From the NCBI GenBank assembly GCA_963822965.1, contig CAWGJT010000005.1:608001-672000 (forward strand): a stretch of DNA of 64,000 bases. Direction: 5' to 3'. A program made the position numbers and the translations under genes. This DNA is from an uncultured delta proteobacterium (GTDB taxonomy: Bacteria > Myxococcota_A > UBA9160 > UBA4427). This document shows positions 13,405-23,229 of this stretch, one piece after another; position 1 is the first letter of the stretch, and every line of letters begins with the position of its first letter. The notes under the pieces were generated by a model that was given only the letters and a program-made list of their open reading frames with translations, made no database searches and was not told the DNA's origin.

Positions 13405-15312
13405 TCAGTCCTCGGAGCCGGCCCGCAGCGCTTCGAGGGTGTCCCAGCGGGCGTAGGCGGCCTCGAGCTCGGCCGCCAGCGCGGCGAGACGCGCGTGTAC
13501 GCGGGCCTGCTCGGCGGCTTCGCCGCTGTAGAACGCGGGCTCGCTCACGCGCTCGACCAGCCCGGCCTGCTCGGCTTCCAGCGACTCGATCTTCCCGGGC
13601 GCCTGCTCGAGCTCGCGCGCGTCCTTGAACGCCGAGCTTCGCGCGCTTCGCCTTCGCGGTCGCCACGACCTTGTCGCTCCGGGACCGACTCGACCCGAGC
13701 GACGCGCCGGCTTCGCGCTGCGGCGCAGCCAGTCCGAGTATCCGCCGACGTACTCCTGGATGTGGCCGTCGCCCTCGAAGACGAGGGTCGAGGTGACGAC
13801 GTTGTCGAGGAAGGCGCGGTCGTGGGAGACGAGCAGCAGGGTTCCGCGATAGTCGACGAGCAGCTCCTCGAGCAGCTCGAGGGTCTCGATGTCGAGGTCG
13901 TTGGTCGGCTCGTCGAGCACCAGCAGGTTGGCGGGCTGGGCGAAGAGGCGGGCCAGCAGCACGCGGTTGTGCTCGCCGCCGGAGAGCGCCTTCATCGGCG
14001 TGCGCGCGCGCTCGGGGCTGAACAGGAAGTCCTGGAGATAGCCGATCACGTGCCGGCGCTGGCCCTGCACGTCGACGTACTCGCGGCCCTCCGCGAGGTT
14101 CCAGATCACGGTCTGCTCGAGCTCGAGGGTGGCGCGCAGCTGGTCGTAGTAGGCGATCTCGAGCTTCGTGCCCAGACGCACGCTGCCCGAGGTCGGCTGC
14201 GAGCTGGCCCAGCAGGAGTCGGAGCAGCGTGGTCTTGCCGGCGCCGTTCGGCCCGACGAGACCGATGCGATCGCCGCGCATGATGCGCAGCGAGAAGTCG
14301 CGGACGATCGGCGGCATCGCTCGTCGCTCCAGGCGTAGGAGACGTGCTGGGCGTCGGCCACGAGCTTGCCCGACGCCCGCCCCTCGTCGAGGGAGAGGCG
14401 AACCCTTCCCTCGACCTCGCGCCGCTGCTGCGCGCTCCTTGCGCTGGGCGACGAGCGCCCGCACGCGACCCTCGTTGCGCGTGCGGCGGGCCTGGATGCC
14501 CTGGCGGATCCAGGCCTCCTCCTGGGCGAGCTTCTTGTCGAAGAGCGCCGCGTGTCGGGCCTCGTCCTCGAGCGCCGCCGCCTTCTTCGCCAGGAAGCGC
14601 CGGATAGCTGCCCGGCCAGGACGTCAGCACGCCTCGGTCGAGCTCGACGATTCGCGTCGCCAGCCGCGTCAGCAGCGCGCGGTCGTGGGTCACGAAGAGC
14701 ACGCCGCCGCGGAACTCCAGCAGCTGGTCCTCGAGCCACTGGATCACCTCGATGTCCAGGTGGTTCGTGGGCTCATCGAGCAGCAGCGAGATCCGGCTCG
14801 CCCACGAGCGCCCGAGCCAGCGCGACCCGGCGTCGCCAGCCGCCGGAGAGCGCGCCGATGCGGGCGTCGGCGGGCAGCTCCAGCCGCGCCAGGATCTGCT
14901 CCACCCGCTGGCCCAGGCTCCAGCCGTCGCACGCCTCGATCTCGTGCTGCAGGGCCTCCATGCGCTTCATCCACGACGGGTCGTCGGCCACGGCGTGGGA
15001 GACGTGGTGGAACTCCGCGAGCAGTCGGCCGACGTCGGCGAGCCCCGCCGCCACCACGTCGAAGACGCTGGCGTCGTCGTCGAAGGGCAGCTCCTGCGCG
15101 AGCCTGGCGATCGCGAGGCCCGGCTGGCGCCAGACCTCGCCGGCGTCGGGCATCACGTCGCCTTCCACGATTCGCAGCAGCGTCGACTTGCCCGCCCCGT
15201 TGCGGCCGATGAGACAGACCCGCTCGCCCGGGTCGATCTGGAAGCTCGCCTGCTCGAGCAGGGGGTGCCGGCCGAAGGCGATGGAGACGCGATCGAAGCT
15301 CAAGAGCGGCAT
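13405..15312 (-). CDS. uup: ABC-F family ATPase Uup, frameshifted
   Basis: Two ABC domains ([41 protein letters not shown]); [12 protein letters not shown] linker; C-terminal YARW. Confidence 0.9.
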
Positions 15313-15360
15313 GGCACGGAGGTCACAAGCAGCATGGCACGGAGGACGGAAGCGGCATGG
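15305..15360. repeat. 23-bp imperfect tandem repeat (about 2.4 copies) overlapping the uup start codon
   Basis: AGCGGCATGGCACGGAGG at 15305, AGCAGCATGGCACGGAGG at 15328, AGCGGCATGG at 15351. Confidence 0.7.
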
Positions 15361-15519
15361 GGCGGGGAGCATAGGGCGCCCGGGGCGCGGTCCCATCGCC
15401 CGTGCGGGGGGAGCCCCGGCCGCAGGCACTTCTGCCCCAAGTTTCCGCCCCGTTCGGGCGATGACTCCCCCACGCCCACCCGATGCGGTTCACCCGGGTG
15501 GGGATCGGGAGTCGAGCCC

Positions 15520-15942
15520 TTGCCGACGAGCCAGACGGGAGACCGACACCGCCTCGCGCGGGCGTCCAAAAGGATCGCCGAGCAGCACCTTGCGCTCACC
15601 AAGCTCGAGGAAGAGGTCCGGGGGGCCATCACCCAGGGCGATGCCGAGCGGACCCGCTCGGCGCTGGTGCAGCTCGAGGGCACCCTGGAGGCCCACTTCG
15701 AGCTGGAGGAGCGCGCCTACTATCCGATCGCGGACGGACTCGACGCCGGGACGGCCGAGCGCTTCCGGGAGCTGCGGGACGAGCACCAGCTGCTTCGCGA
15801 AGGGCTGGGCGATCTCCGGGACGGGCTGAAGCAGGAGGGTCTCGGCGGCATGTTGCCGGCCTTCACCGCGTTCGCCCACGACCTCGCGCACCACGAGCGA
15901 CGCGAGGAGTCGCTGATGGAAGGCCTGTCGCGGAACGACTGA
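15520..15942 (+). CDS. hemerythrin/HHE cation-binding domain protein
   Basis: EQH...HFELEE..YYP...DEH...HERREE pattern; TTG start assumed. Confidence 0.75.
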   Translation: MPTSQTGDRHRLARASKRIAEQHLALTKLEEEVRGAITQGDAERTRSALVQLEGTLEAHFELEERAYYPIADGLDAGTAERFRELRDEHQLLREGLGDLRDGLKQEGLGGMLPAFTAFAHDLAHHERREESLMEGLSRND

Positions 15943-15986
15943 GAGTCCCCGCCCATGCGGCACCGGGCGACTCGGTCCGGGATCGT

Positions 15987-17195
15987 TCAGCCTCCGAGAA
16001 GCCCGGCCAGGTTCGCGCTCATGATGCGCCGGGTGTCCTCCGGGCCGAATCCCTCGAGCTCGTCCAGGAAGGAGAGCGGCCAGGCCAGGCCTTCGGGATG
16101 CGGGAAGTCCGAGCCGAAGAGCACGTGCTCCACCCCGATGTCCCGGGCCAGGCCCGGAACGTCCTCCTCGTAGAAGGGAGCCACCCAGACGTGGCGCCGG
16201 AAGGTCTCGCGGGGCGGCTCGCGGAAGCCCCAGGGCATGAGACGCGCCGTCCGCTCGAGCTTCTCGAGCAGGGGACGCACCCAGCCCGAGCCGTTCTCGA
16301 CGCTGAGGACGCGCACGCCGGGGTGACGAGCGAAGACGCCGTGGCAGACGAGGGCGGCCATGGTGTCGAAGATCGGGCGGTCGGCCATCAGGATCTGTCG
16401 CAGGGGGGAAGGCTGGAAGGGGTGGTACTCCTCCTCGCCGTCCCAGTGCGCCGCGTACTCCTCGTAGCCGCTGTCGGACGAGTGCACCACCACGGCGACC
16501 CCCGCCTCGGCGACGCGCGCCCACCACGGATCGAACTCCGGCGCGCCGGGCGAACGGCTGGCCTTGTAGCCGGGCACCGGCGCGGGCCGGAGCCCCACGG
16601 CCTTCGCGCCCCGCGCGAGGCACCACTCGAGCTCCGCGCAGGCGCGCTCCACGTCCATCAGCGACATCATGGGCACCGCGAAGATGCGCTGCGCATGATG
16701 GAAGCCCCACTCCTCCTCGAGCCACTCGTTGAAGGCGTGGACCACCGCGTGCAGAAGCTCGGCGTCGTGCTTCATGCGGTGCTCCATGGCGCTGGCCAGG
16801 GTGGGATGGAGCAGCGCGGCTTGGAGCCCCTGCTCATCCATCAGCGCCAGGCGATCGGCCGGATGGCGATAGGCAGGGCGACAGGGCTCGGGCTTGCCGA
16901 AGAGCTCGCGCAGGGTCTTGCCTTCGGGATTGCGGCCCCGGTACCACTCCTCGGACGCGCCGGGACGGGCCACCACCTCGAACGTGGGGTTCGGGATGTA
17001 GTCCGAGAGCTGGCCGCAGATGACGATCTTCTTGCGGCCGTCGATCTCCACGTAGCGGATCGCATTCCGGTGCTTCTTGTCCAGGTGCCGGGTGAAGGCG
17101 TCCTCGGGCTCGTACAGGTGGTTGTCGGCGTCCCAGACCGGAACGCCGAGGTCGGGGATCGGTCCGGGCTTCTCTCGCGACGGGGAACGCGACAT
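15987..17195 (-). CDS. amidohydrolase family 2 protein
   Basis: DADNHLYEP, RLALMDEQG, FNEWL, ENGSGW, LFGSDFPHPEG. Confidence 0.92.
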   Translation of the reverse strand: MSRSPSREKPGPIPDLGVPVWDADNHLYEPEDAFTRHLDKKHRNAIRYVEIDGRKKIVICGQLSDYIPNPTFEVVARPGASEEWYRGRNPEGKTLRELFGKPEPCRPAYRHPADRLALMDEQGLQAALLHPTLASAMEHRMKHDAELLHAVVHAFNEWLEEEWGFHHAQRIFAVPMMSLMDVERACAELEWCLARGAKAVGLRPAPVPGYKASRSPGAPEFDPWWARVAEAGVAVVVHSSDSGYEEYAAHWDGEEEYHPFQPSPLRQILMADRPIFDTMAALVCHGVFARHPGVRVLSVENGSGWVRPLLEKLERTARLMPWGFREPPRETFRRHVWVAPFYEEDVPGLARDIGVEHVLFGSDFPHPEGLAWPLSFLDELEGFGPEDTRRIMSANLAGLLGG

Positions 17196-17248
17196 GGGAC
17201 TGCCTCCTGGCGTGCTCTCGTAGGCCCGATTATCCCACAGATCCAGAC

Positions 17249-17344
17249 GCGGCCGGCCAACGCCGGCCGCACGGGCGGCCAGCAGGCCGACCCGGGATGG
17301 GTCGGCCTGCGCAGCTGAGGGAGCCCAACGGGCTCCCTCAGCTG
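17249..17344. repeat. three consecutive hairpins, including a single copy of the REP-like motif
   Basis: GCGGCCGGC-CAAC-GCCGGCCGC; GCAGGCCGACCC-GGGAT-GGGTCGGCCTGC; CAGCTGAGGGAGCCC-AAC-GGGCTCCCTCAGCTG. Confidence 0.8.
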
Positions 17345-18969
17345 GCCGCGGCGCCCGGGCGCTCCTGGAAGAGCGGAAGGAGATCGCGCTTCACGATCTT
17401 GTTCATGGCGTTGCGCGGCATCTGGTCCACGAAGCGGAACTGCTCGGGGGTCTTGTAGCGGGCGAGCTGGCTCCGAACGTGGGCGGCGAGCCGCTCGGCG
17501 TCCGCCTGGACGCCTGCGGCGAGCTGCACCACCGCGACCACCCGCTCGCCGAGACGTGCGTCGGGCAGGCCGAGGACCGCGGCGGCCGCCACCGCCGGGT
17601 GCTCGCCGAGCACGCGCTCGACCTCCGCGGGATAGACGTTGGCCCCGCCGCGCAGGATCAGCTCGTTGCGGCGCCCGCGGATGAAGAGCGTGCCGTCCGG
17701 CTCGAGGAAGCCCACGTCGCCGGTGTGGTAGACGCCGCCGCGCAGGGCCTCCCGGGTGGCGTCGGGACGGTTCCAGTAGCCGAGCATCGGGGTATAGATC
17801 CCGGCCCACTCGCCCTGGCGGGCCGGCCCGACGCAGATCTCGCCCGGCTCCCCGGCCGGCACCGGGCGGTCGTCCTCGTCGCGGATCTGGATCTCGATCT
17901 GCGGCAGCGCCTTGCCGCACAGGCCCGGCTTGTCCGCCGGCGCGCCGGACGCGCTCGTCACCGCCGTGGGCGCCTCGGTCATCCCGTAGCCGATGCCCAC
18001 CTCCCGGCCGAAGCGCTCGCGATACAGGCTGCGGAAAGACTCGGGACAGTCGGCGCCGCCCACCATCGGACTCTCGAGGGACGCGAGGTCTTCGGCCGTG
18101 ACGTCGGGGTGCGTGAGCAGGTCGTGCAGGATGGTGGGCACCGCGGCGAAGTGACCGACCCGCTCCCTTCGCACCCAGCCGGCGAGGCCCACCGGGTCGA
18201 TGCGGTCGATGGCCACGCAGGCGCTCCCCACCTGGAAGGCCGTGAGCGGCGCCAGCACCATCAGGTTCAGGATCGTGAGGGGCAGCACGACGCCCTGGCG
18301 CAGCTCCGGGCCGTAGCGACCCGTGGCGGCGGCGACCGCGCCCGGCAGCAGCAGGTTGTGGTGGCTGTGCACGGCGCCCTTGGGATGACCGGTGGTCCCG
18401 CTCGTGTACGCGATGGCGGCCGGCGCGAACGGATCGGCGTGCGCGCAGGCGGCCGGACGCGGCGGGTCCGCGGCCCGGCGCTGCCGCGCGCCCCACTCCC
18501 CTCCGGCGTCGGCTGGATCGACGGTCACCACCCGCTGCAGGGTCTCGAGGCCGGCGCGCGCCCCCGCGATCTCCCGGGCCATGTCGGGGTCTGCCAGGTA
18601 GACCAGCGCTCCGCAGTCCCGCAGCAGCCAGGCCTTCTCGGGTCCGGCGAGCGGACGGTTCACGCCGACCCAGATGCCACCCGCCCGGATCGTGGCAAGG
18701 AAGGCGACGACGATGTCGACGTCGTTCGGGAGACATGCCGCGACGCGATCGCCGACGGCGACCCCCAGCTCCCCGAGCGCCGCGGCGGCGCGGTCGATCG
18801 CCGTGTCGAGCTCTCGATACGAGAGCCGGCCGCTCCGCCCCACCAGGGCGAGCCGATCGGGGTCGGCGGCCAACACCCGGTCCAGCACCTCGGAGATCCG
18901 CTGGGTGCGGCCCCCGGGCAGGCGCGGCCGCCGCGGAGGCTCCAACAGTCCGTGATCGGAGAGGCCCAT
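17338..18969 (-). CDS. AMP-binding acyl-CoA synthetase
   Basis: YTSGTTGHPKG, GYGMTE, YHTGD, ILRGGANVYPAEVE, PRNAMNK. Confidence 0.93.
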   Translation of the reverse strand: MGLSDHGLLEPPRRPRLPGGRTQRISEVLDRVLAADPDRLALVGRSGRLSYRELDTAIDRAAAALGELGVAVGDRVAACLPNDVDIVVAFLATIRAGGIWVGVNRPLAGPEKAWLLRDCGALVYLADPDMAREIAGARAGLETLQRVVTVDPADAGGEWGARQRRAADPPRPAACAHADPFAPAAIAYTSGTTGHPKGAVHSHHNLLLPGAVAAATGRYGPELRQGVVLPLTILNLMVLAPLTAFQVGSACVAIDRIDPVGLAGWVRRERVGHFAAVPTILHDLLTHPDVTAEDLASLESPMVGGADCPESFRSLYRERFGREVGIGYGMTEAPTAVTSASGAPADKPGLCGKALPQIEIQIRDEDDRPVPAGEPGEICVGPARQGEWAGIYTPMLGYWNRPDATREALRGGVYHTGDVGFLEPDGTLFIRGRRNELILRGGANVYPAEVERVLGEHPAVAAAAVLGLPDARLGERVVAVVQLAAGVQADAERLAAHVRSQLARYKTPEQFRFVDQMPRNAMNKIVKRDLLPLFQERPGAAAS

Positions 18970-18998
18970 CGCGCGGCGCGTGCCGGGCTTCGGGCCGC

Positions 18999-19868
18999 TC
19001 AGGAGAGCGGGACGATCACGTTGTTCGCGAAGCCCTCGAGATAGGCGCGCTTCTCGGCCAGGGTGCTCGTGGGGCCCACCGTGTACGTGAACGGGTAGCT
19101 CACCGTCGAGGTCGCCCCGGCGTCCTCGAGCCGCTTGAAGGCGTCGGGGTCGGGCGGGGTCACCAGGGGGACGACCGCCTCGAAGTCCCGGCTCTGGCGC
19201 CCGACCGCCTTCCGGTGCTCGCGGATCTTCTCCAGCATGGCGATCGCCTCCTCGGGCGTCTGGCCCGAGCCGAGCCAGCCGTCGCCGACCCGGCCCGCGC
19301 GGCGCAGGGCGACGTCGCTGATTCCGCCGATGTAGATCGGCACGGACTCGGTCGGCGCAGGCGTCATCTGCAGCGGTGGAAACCGGAAGAACGCGCCCTC
19401 GTGCCCCACCATCTCGCCGCTCCAGAGCTTGCGGCACACCTCGATCGCCTCGTCGAAGCGCTTGCCCCGGGTCTTGAAGTCGACGCCCAGGATGTCGAAC
19501 TCCTCGTGCATCCAGCCGGCGCCGGCTCCCAACGCGAAGCGGTTGCCCGACAGCACCGCCAGGCTGCCGGTGGCCTTCGCCACCTCGATCGGGTCGCGCA
19601 GGGGCAGGATGTAGATGAGGGTCGAGAAGCGCAGCTTCCGGGTCACCGCAGCCATGGCGGCGATGGTCACCCAGGGCTGGGGCCACGGCGTCTCGGGCGT
19701 GAAGCCGGGATCGCCCGTCTCGTTGTAGGGGTAGCTCTTCTCGAAGCTACCGGGATAGAAGAGGTGGTCGGAGACGAAGACGCCTTCGAAGCCTACCTCC
19801 TCGCAGATCTTCGCCGTCTCGACGAGCTGGTCGGGTTCGGTGAAGGCGAGGGACTGCCAGAACTTCAT
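18999..19868 (-). CDS. LLM-class (luciferase-like) oxidoreductase, F420-dependent family-like
   Basis: FEGVFVSDHL, LPLRDPIEVAK, LGAGAGWMHEEF, PIYIGG. Confidence 0.9.
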   Translation of the reverse strand: MKFWQSLAFTEPDQLVETAKICEEVGFEGVFVSDHLFYPGSFEKSYPYNETGDPGFTPETPWPQPWVTIAAMAAVTRKLRFSTLIYILPLRDPIEVAKATGSLAVLSGNRFALGAGAGWMHEEFDILGVDFKTRGKRFDEAIEVCRKLWSGEMVGHEGAFFRFPPLQMTPAPTESVPIYIGGISDVALRRAGRVGDGWLGSGQTPEEAIAMLEKIREHRKAVGRQSRDFEAVVPLVTPPDPDAFKRLEDAGATSTVSYPFTYTVGPTSTLAEKRAYLEGFANNVIVPLS

Positions 19869-19915
19869 CGGGGCTCTCTCCGCTGGGCTCTCGAGGTGCG
19901 TGGACGAACGGAAGC

Positions 19916-20870
19916 TCAGTAGGCTCCCTGCTGCTCGAAGATCCGCCGCGGATTCTCGACCGTCATCTGCCGGATCTGCTCCTCGCTGACGCCGTTCTTG
20001 CGCAGCGCCGGCACCACGTCGCAGGGCACGTGGCGGAAGTGCCAGTTCGGCACCAACCCGGCGAGCTCGGCACGCGTGTTCGGGAAGAAGTCGATGTGAC
20101 AGCAGGCGTCGTGGGAGAGAACCATCTGGCCGGCGTGACCGGCGCGGCACAGCTCGGCGATCACGTGCACGCGCTGCTCGGTCGGAAGCACCATGTCGAG
20201 CCCGAAGCGGTCCATGCCGATGAAGCTTCCCCGCTCGAGGATGGCGCCGAGATAGTCGAGATCCTCGGAGTCGCCGCAATGTCCGATCACGACGCGGCGG
20301 AGATCGACGCCCGCCTCCTCGAAGACGTCCTGCTGGCCGAGCCCCGAGCGGTTGTTGACGTCGGTGTGGGTCGAGATCGGCACGCCGGTCGCCCGATGGA
20401 GCTGCGCGGCGGCCAGCAGGAGGTTCCGGTTCACCGGCGTGACGCCCGCGTGATGAGTCGCGCACTTGATGATGCCCGCCTTGATGTCGGTCCCCTGGAT
20501 GCCGTCCGTGAGATCGCGGATCAGCCACTCGACGAGCTTCTCCGGCGGCCAGGCCTCGAGCCACGGCTCCTCGGTGTAGTAGAGACCGGTGGCCGCGATG
20601 ACGTTGATCTCGGCGCGGGCCGCGCACTCGCGGATCACGTGGATGTCGCGACCGATGTTGATGGGGGTGAGATCGACGACGCTGCGAACCCCCACCTCCT
20701 TCGCCTTGCGAAGCTCGTCGCTCGCGTAACTCGATCACTTCGTCGAGGTCGACCCAATCGGCGAACGCCTGCCGCATCGACCAGTTCGCGATCATGATGT
20801 GCTCGTGCATGAGGGTGAAGCCGAGATCGTCCGACTCGATCGGTCCGAGCACGCCCTGGATGGTCGCCAT
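19916..20870 (-). CDS. phosphotriesterase-related protein, frameshift near 20730
   Basis: GFTLMHEH, VVDLTP...GRD, GIIKCA, ISTHT, VIGH, LSHD. Confidence 0.92.
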
Positions 20871-21150
20871 CTTCGCTCCTCTCGCCGTCGCCGCTCGGCC
20901 GTGGCTCGGTCCGGTTCGCCGTTGCCGGCGCTCTGCGTTCCACCTGCGTGCCCGCCGCCGATGATGCTGGGGCCCAATGATGGTTCATCCCGACGGCCCG
21001 CTCCAGAAGCGCTGGCCATGTCTCCCTGGGGGATCGGAGGGACCGGGAGCCCGGCAAACCGGGGTTTCCTCGGGCTTCGGCGTAACGGAATCGCGGGCCG
21101 GGGCCACTCATGGTCACGGGCATCCGTCGTCCGCGCAGGAGATCGCCGCA

Positions 21151-21795
21151 ATGGAGCTCACCGTCGACCAGCAGATCGCTCGCGTCAGCCGCCGCATCCG
21201 GCGCTGGCGCGAGGACGACGGCCTGACGCTGCAGGAGCTGGCCGACCGCGGCGGACTGGCGACGAGCACGGTGCAGAAGGTCGAGACGGGGCAGATGATG
21301 CCGAGCCTCGCGGTGCTGCTGAAGCTCGCGCGCGGGCTCGGGCGTCCCCTCTCCGAGCTGCTGGACGAGCAGACGGAGATCGACGTGTTCCACTCGAAGG
21401 CCTGCGAGCGCGAGGTGGTGGGCGAAGGCGGCAGCCTGGTGGTGGAGCGCCTGAGCGGCAATCTGATGAGGTCCTCCCTCGAGACCTGGCAGGTGACCCT
21501 GGGGCCCGGCGCTTCGAGCGGCAGCGATCCGATCCGCTACGAGGGCGAGGAGCTCGTCGTCTGCGAGGAGGGCCGGGTGATCTTCCGCGTCGGGGAGGCC
21601 GAGTACTCGCTGCACCCGGGAGACAGCCTGCACTTCCGTGCCTCCATCCCGCACTCCTGGTACAACGACGGCGACGTGCCGGTTCGCTTCACCATCACCG
21701 GCAGCCTGCCGCTGCTGTTCCGCGGCCTCATGCAGAGCCGGGCCGGCGGCGAGGCGCAGACCGTCCGGAGCGCGCCCTTCTCCCTCGCCAGCTGA
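21151..21795 (+). CDS. XRE-family HTH plus cupin transcriptional regulator
   Basis: LTLQELADRGGLATSTVQKVETG..PS HTH; GEE..L.PGDSLHF...PH cupin. Confidence 0.9.
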   Translation: MELTVDQQIARVSRRIRRWREDDGLTLQELADRGGLATSTVQKVETGQMMPSLAVLLKLARGLGRPLSELLDEQTEIDVFHSKACEREVVGEGGSLVVERLSGNLMRSSLETWQVTLGPGASSGSDPIRYEGEELVVCEEGRVIFRVGEAEYSLHPGDSLHFRASIPHSWYNDGDVPVRFTITGSLPLLFRGLMQSRAGGEAQTVRSAPFSLAS

Positions 21796-21870
21796 GCCGG
21801 CGCCGGCCTCTCGGGCCGGCACCTCGACCCGCCTGCGGTAGCCTCCCGTCTCGCTCCGGGAGGATCTGGA

Positions 21871-22155
21871 ATGCCGCTCTTCGTGTACCGGGGCCACGAC
21901 GGCCCGCGAGGCCTCGAGCTCCGCAAGACCGTGCGCGAGCGACACCTCGCGCACCTGCAGCCCCTGGCGGACGTGGGCCGGGTTCGCTTCGCGGGGCCGC
22001 TCGTCGACGCGGCCGGCAACCCGTGCGGGAGCCTGGTGATCTTCGAGGCCGACGACCTCGGGGCAGCGCGCCGGATCGCGGAGAGCGACCCGTATCTCGT
22101 GGAAGGCGTCTTCGAGCGCGTGGAGGTCCACGCCACCCGGGCCGTGCTGCCGTGA
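21871..22155 (+). CDS. YciI family protein
   Basis: R...RERHLAHL, AGPL, GSLVIF, DPY. Confidence 0.9.
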   Translation: MPLFVYRGHDGPRGLELRKTVRERHLAHLQPLADVGRVRFAGPLVDAAGNPCGSLVIFEADDLGAARRIAESDPYLVEGVFERVEVHATRAVLP

Positions 22156-23006
22156 GCGGCTCCGCCCCGGTCGCCCTCGACCGCATCCAGGTGGTCGTGC
22201 GCGACCGCACCCAGGCGGCCGACGCCTGGACGCGCCTGCTCGACGCGGCCGTCGTCGGCGAGGACCGGCTGCGCGTGCTGGGCTGCCGCCGGACGACCCT
22301 GGCCGTGGGCGCGAGCGAGGTGGAGCTGCTCGAGGCGGAGCCCGGCGGTGTGGTCGAGAAGGCCGGACCGGGGCTCTTCGCGGCGGGCTTCGCCAGCGAC
22401 GATCCCGCCGCGCTCCGCGGGCGGCTGGAATCGAAGGGCGTGGCCGTGGAGAGTGAGGGGGATCAGATGTTCCTCGCCGCCGAGGCGTTGGGCGACGGCG
22501 GGATGCGGGTCGTCGTCTCACCCGCCCGGGAGCGGCGGCGCCAGGGTCTGCTCACGCACCTGTACGAGGTGACGAACCTGGTCGCGGACCCGGCGCGCTG
22601 GAGCGCGCGGCTCGCGGACCTCTTCGGTCTCGATCCAGGGGGCTTCGTACCCATCCGCTCCGAGCACTACGGCTACGAAGGCGTGCTGACGCTCTTCCGG
22701 CCGGGCGTTCTGGATCGGGTGGAGGTCATCCACCCGCACGACCGGGACAAGACCATGGGGCGATTCCACGCGAAGCGCGGCGCGTGCCTCTACATGGGCT
22801 ACGGCGAGAGCGACCGGGCGGACGAGATCCGCGATCGGGCCCGCAGCCTGGCGCCGGACGACTGGACCGGGCCCGCTGGCGACGCTCCGGTCGACAACCT
22901 CTTCCTGCATCCCCGAGCGCTCGGCGGCGTCATGCTGGGCGTGAGCCGATCGACCTTCGCCTGGACCTGGTCCGGGGCACCGGAGCGCGTGCAGCCCGCC
23001 GGCTGA
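22152..23006 (+). CDS. VOC/glyoxalase superfamily protein
   Basis: LDRIQVVVRD...EVELLE duplicated fold; FLHPRALGGVM; GTG overlaps the upstream stop. Confidence 0.75.
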   Translation: MSGSAPVALDRIQVVVRDRTQAADAWTRLLDAAVVGEDRLRVLGCRRTTLAVGASEVELLEAEPGGVVEKAGPGLFAAGFASDDPAALRGRLESKGVAVESEGDQMFLAAEALGDGGMRVVVSPARERRRQGLLTHLYEVTNLVADPARWSARLADLFGLDPGGFVPIRSEHYGYEGVLTLFRPGVLDRVEVIHPHDRDKTMGRFHAKRGACLYMGYGESDRADEIRDRARSLAPDDWTGPAGDAPVDNLFLHPRALGGVMLGVSRSTFAWTWSGAPERVQPAG

Positions 23007-23229
23007 GCGCCCTTCTTCCGCGCCCTTCTCGCGCCCCTCGGCCCCTCTCGCGCCCCTCCAGCCCCTCCCGCCTCCTGGCGGTGCCTTTTTGCCCCACCCC
23101 TGCTGTCGAGCCTCCCGTTCGACGCGCCGCCCGGGCGGCCCTCGGCCCGTGCCATGCCACCGCTGGGGCGCGCGTTGCCGGCCCTCTCCCGCCGCCCGCC
23201 TCAAGCTGCCCGCCTCCCGAGACGAACTC

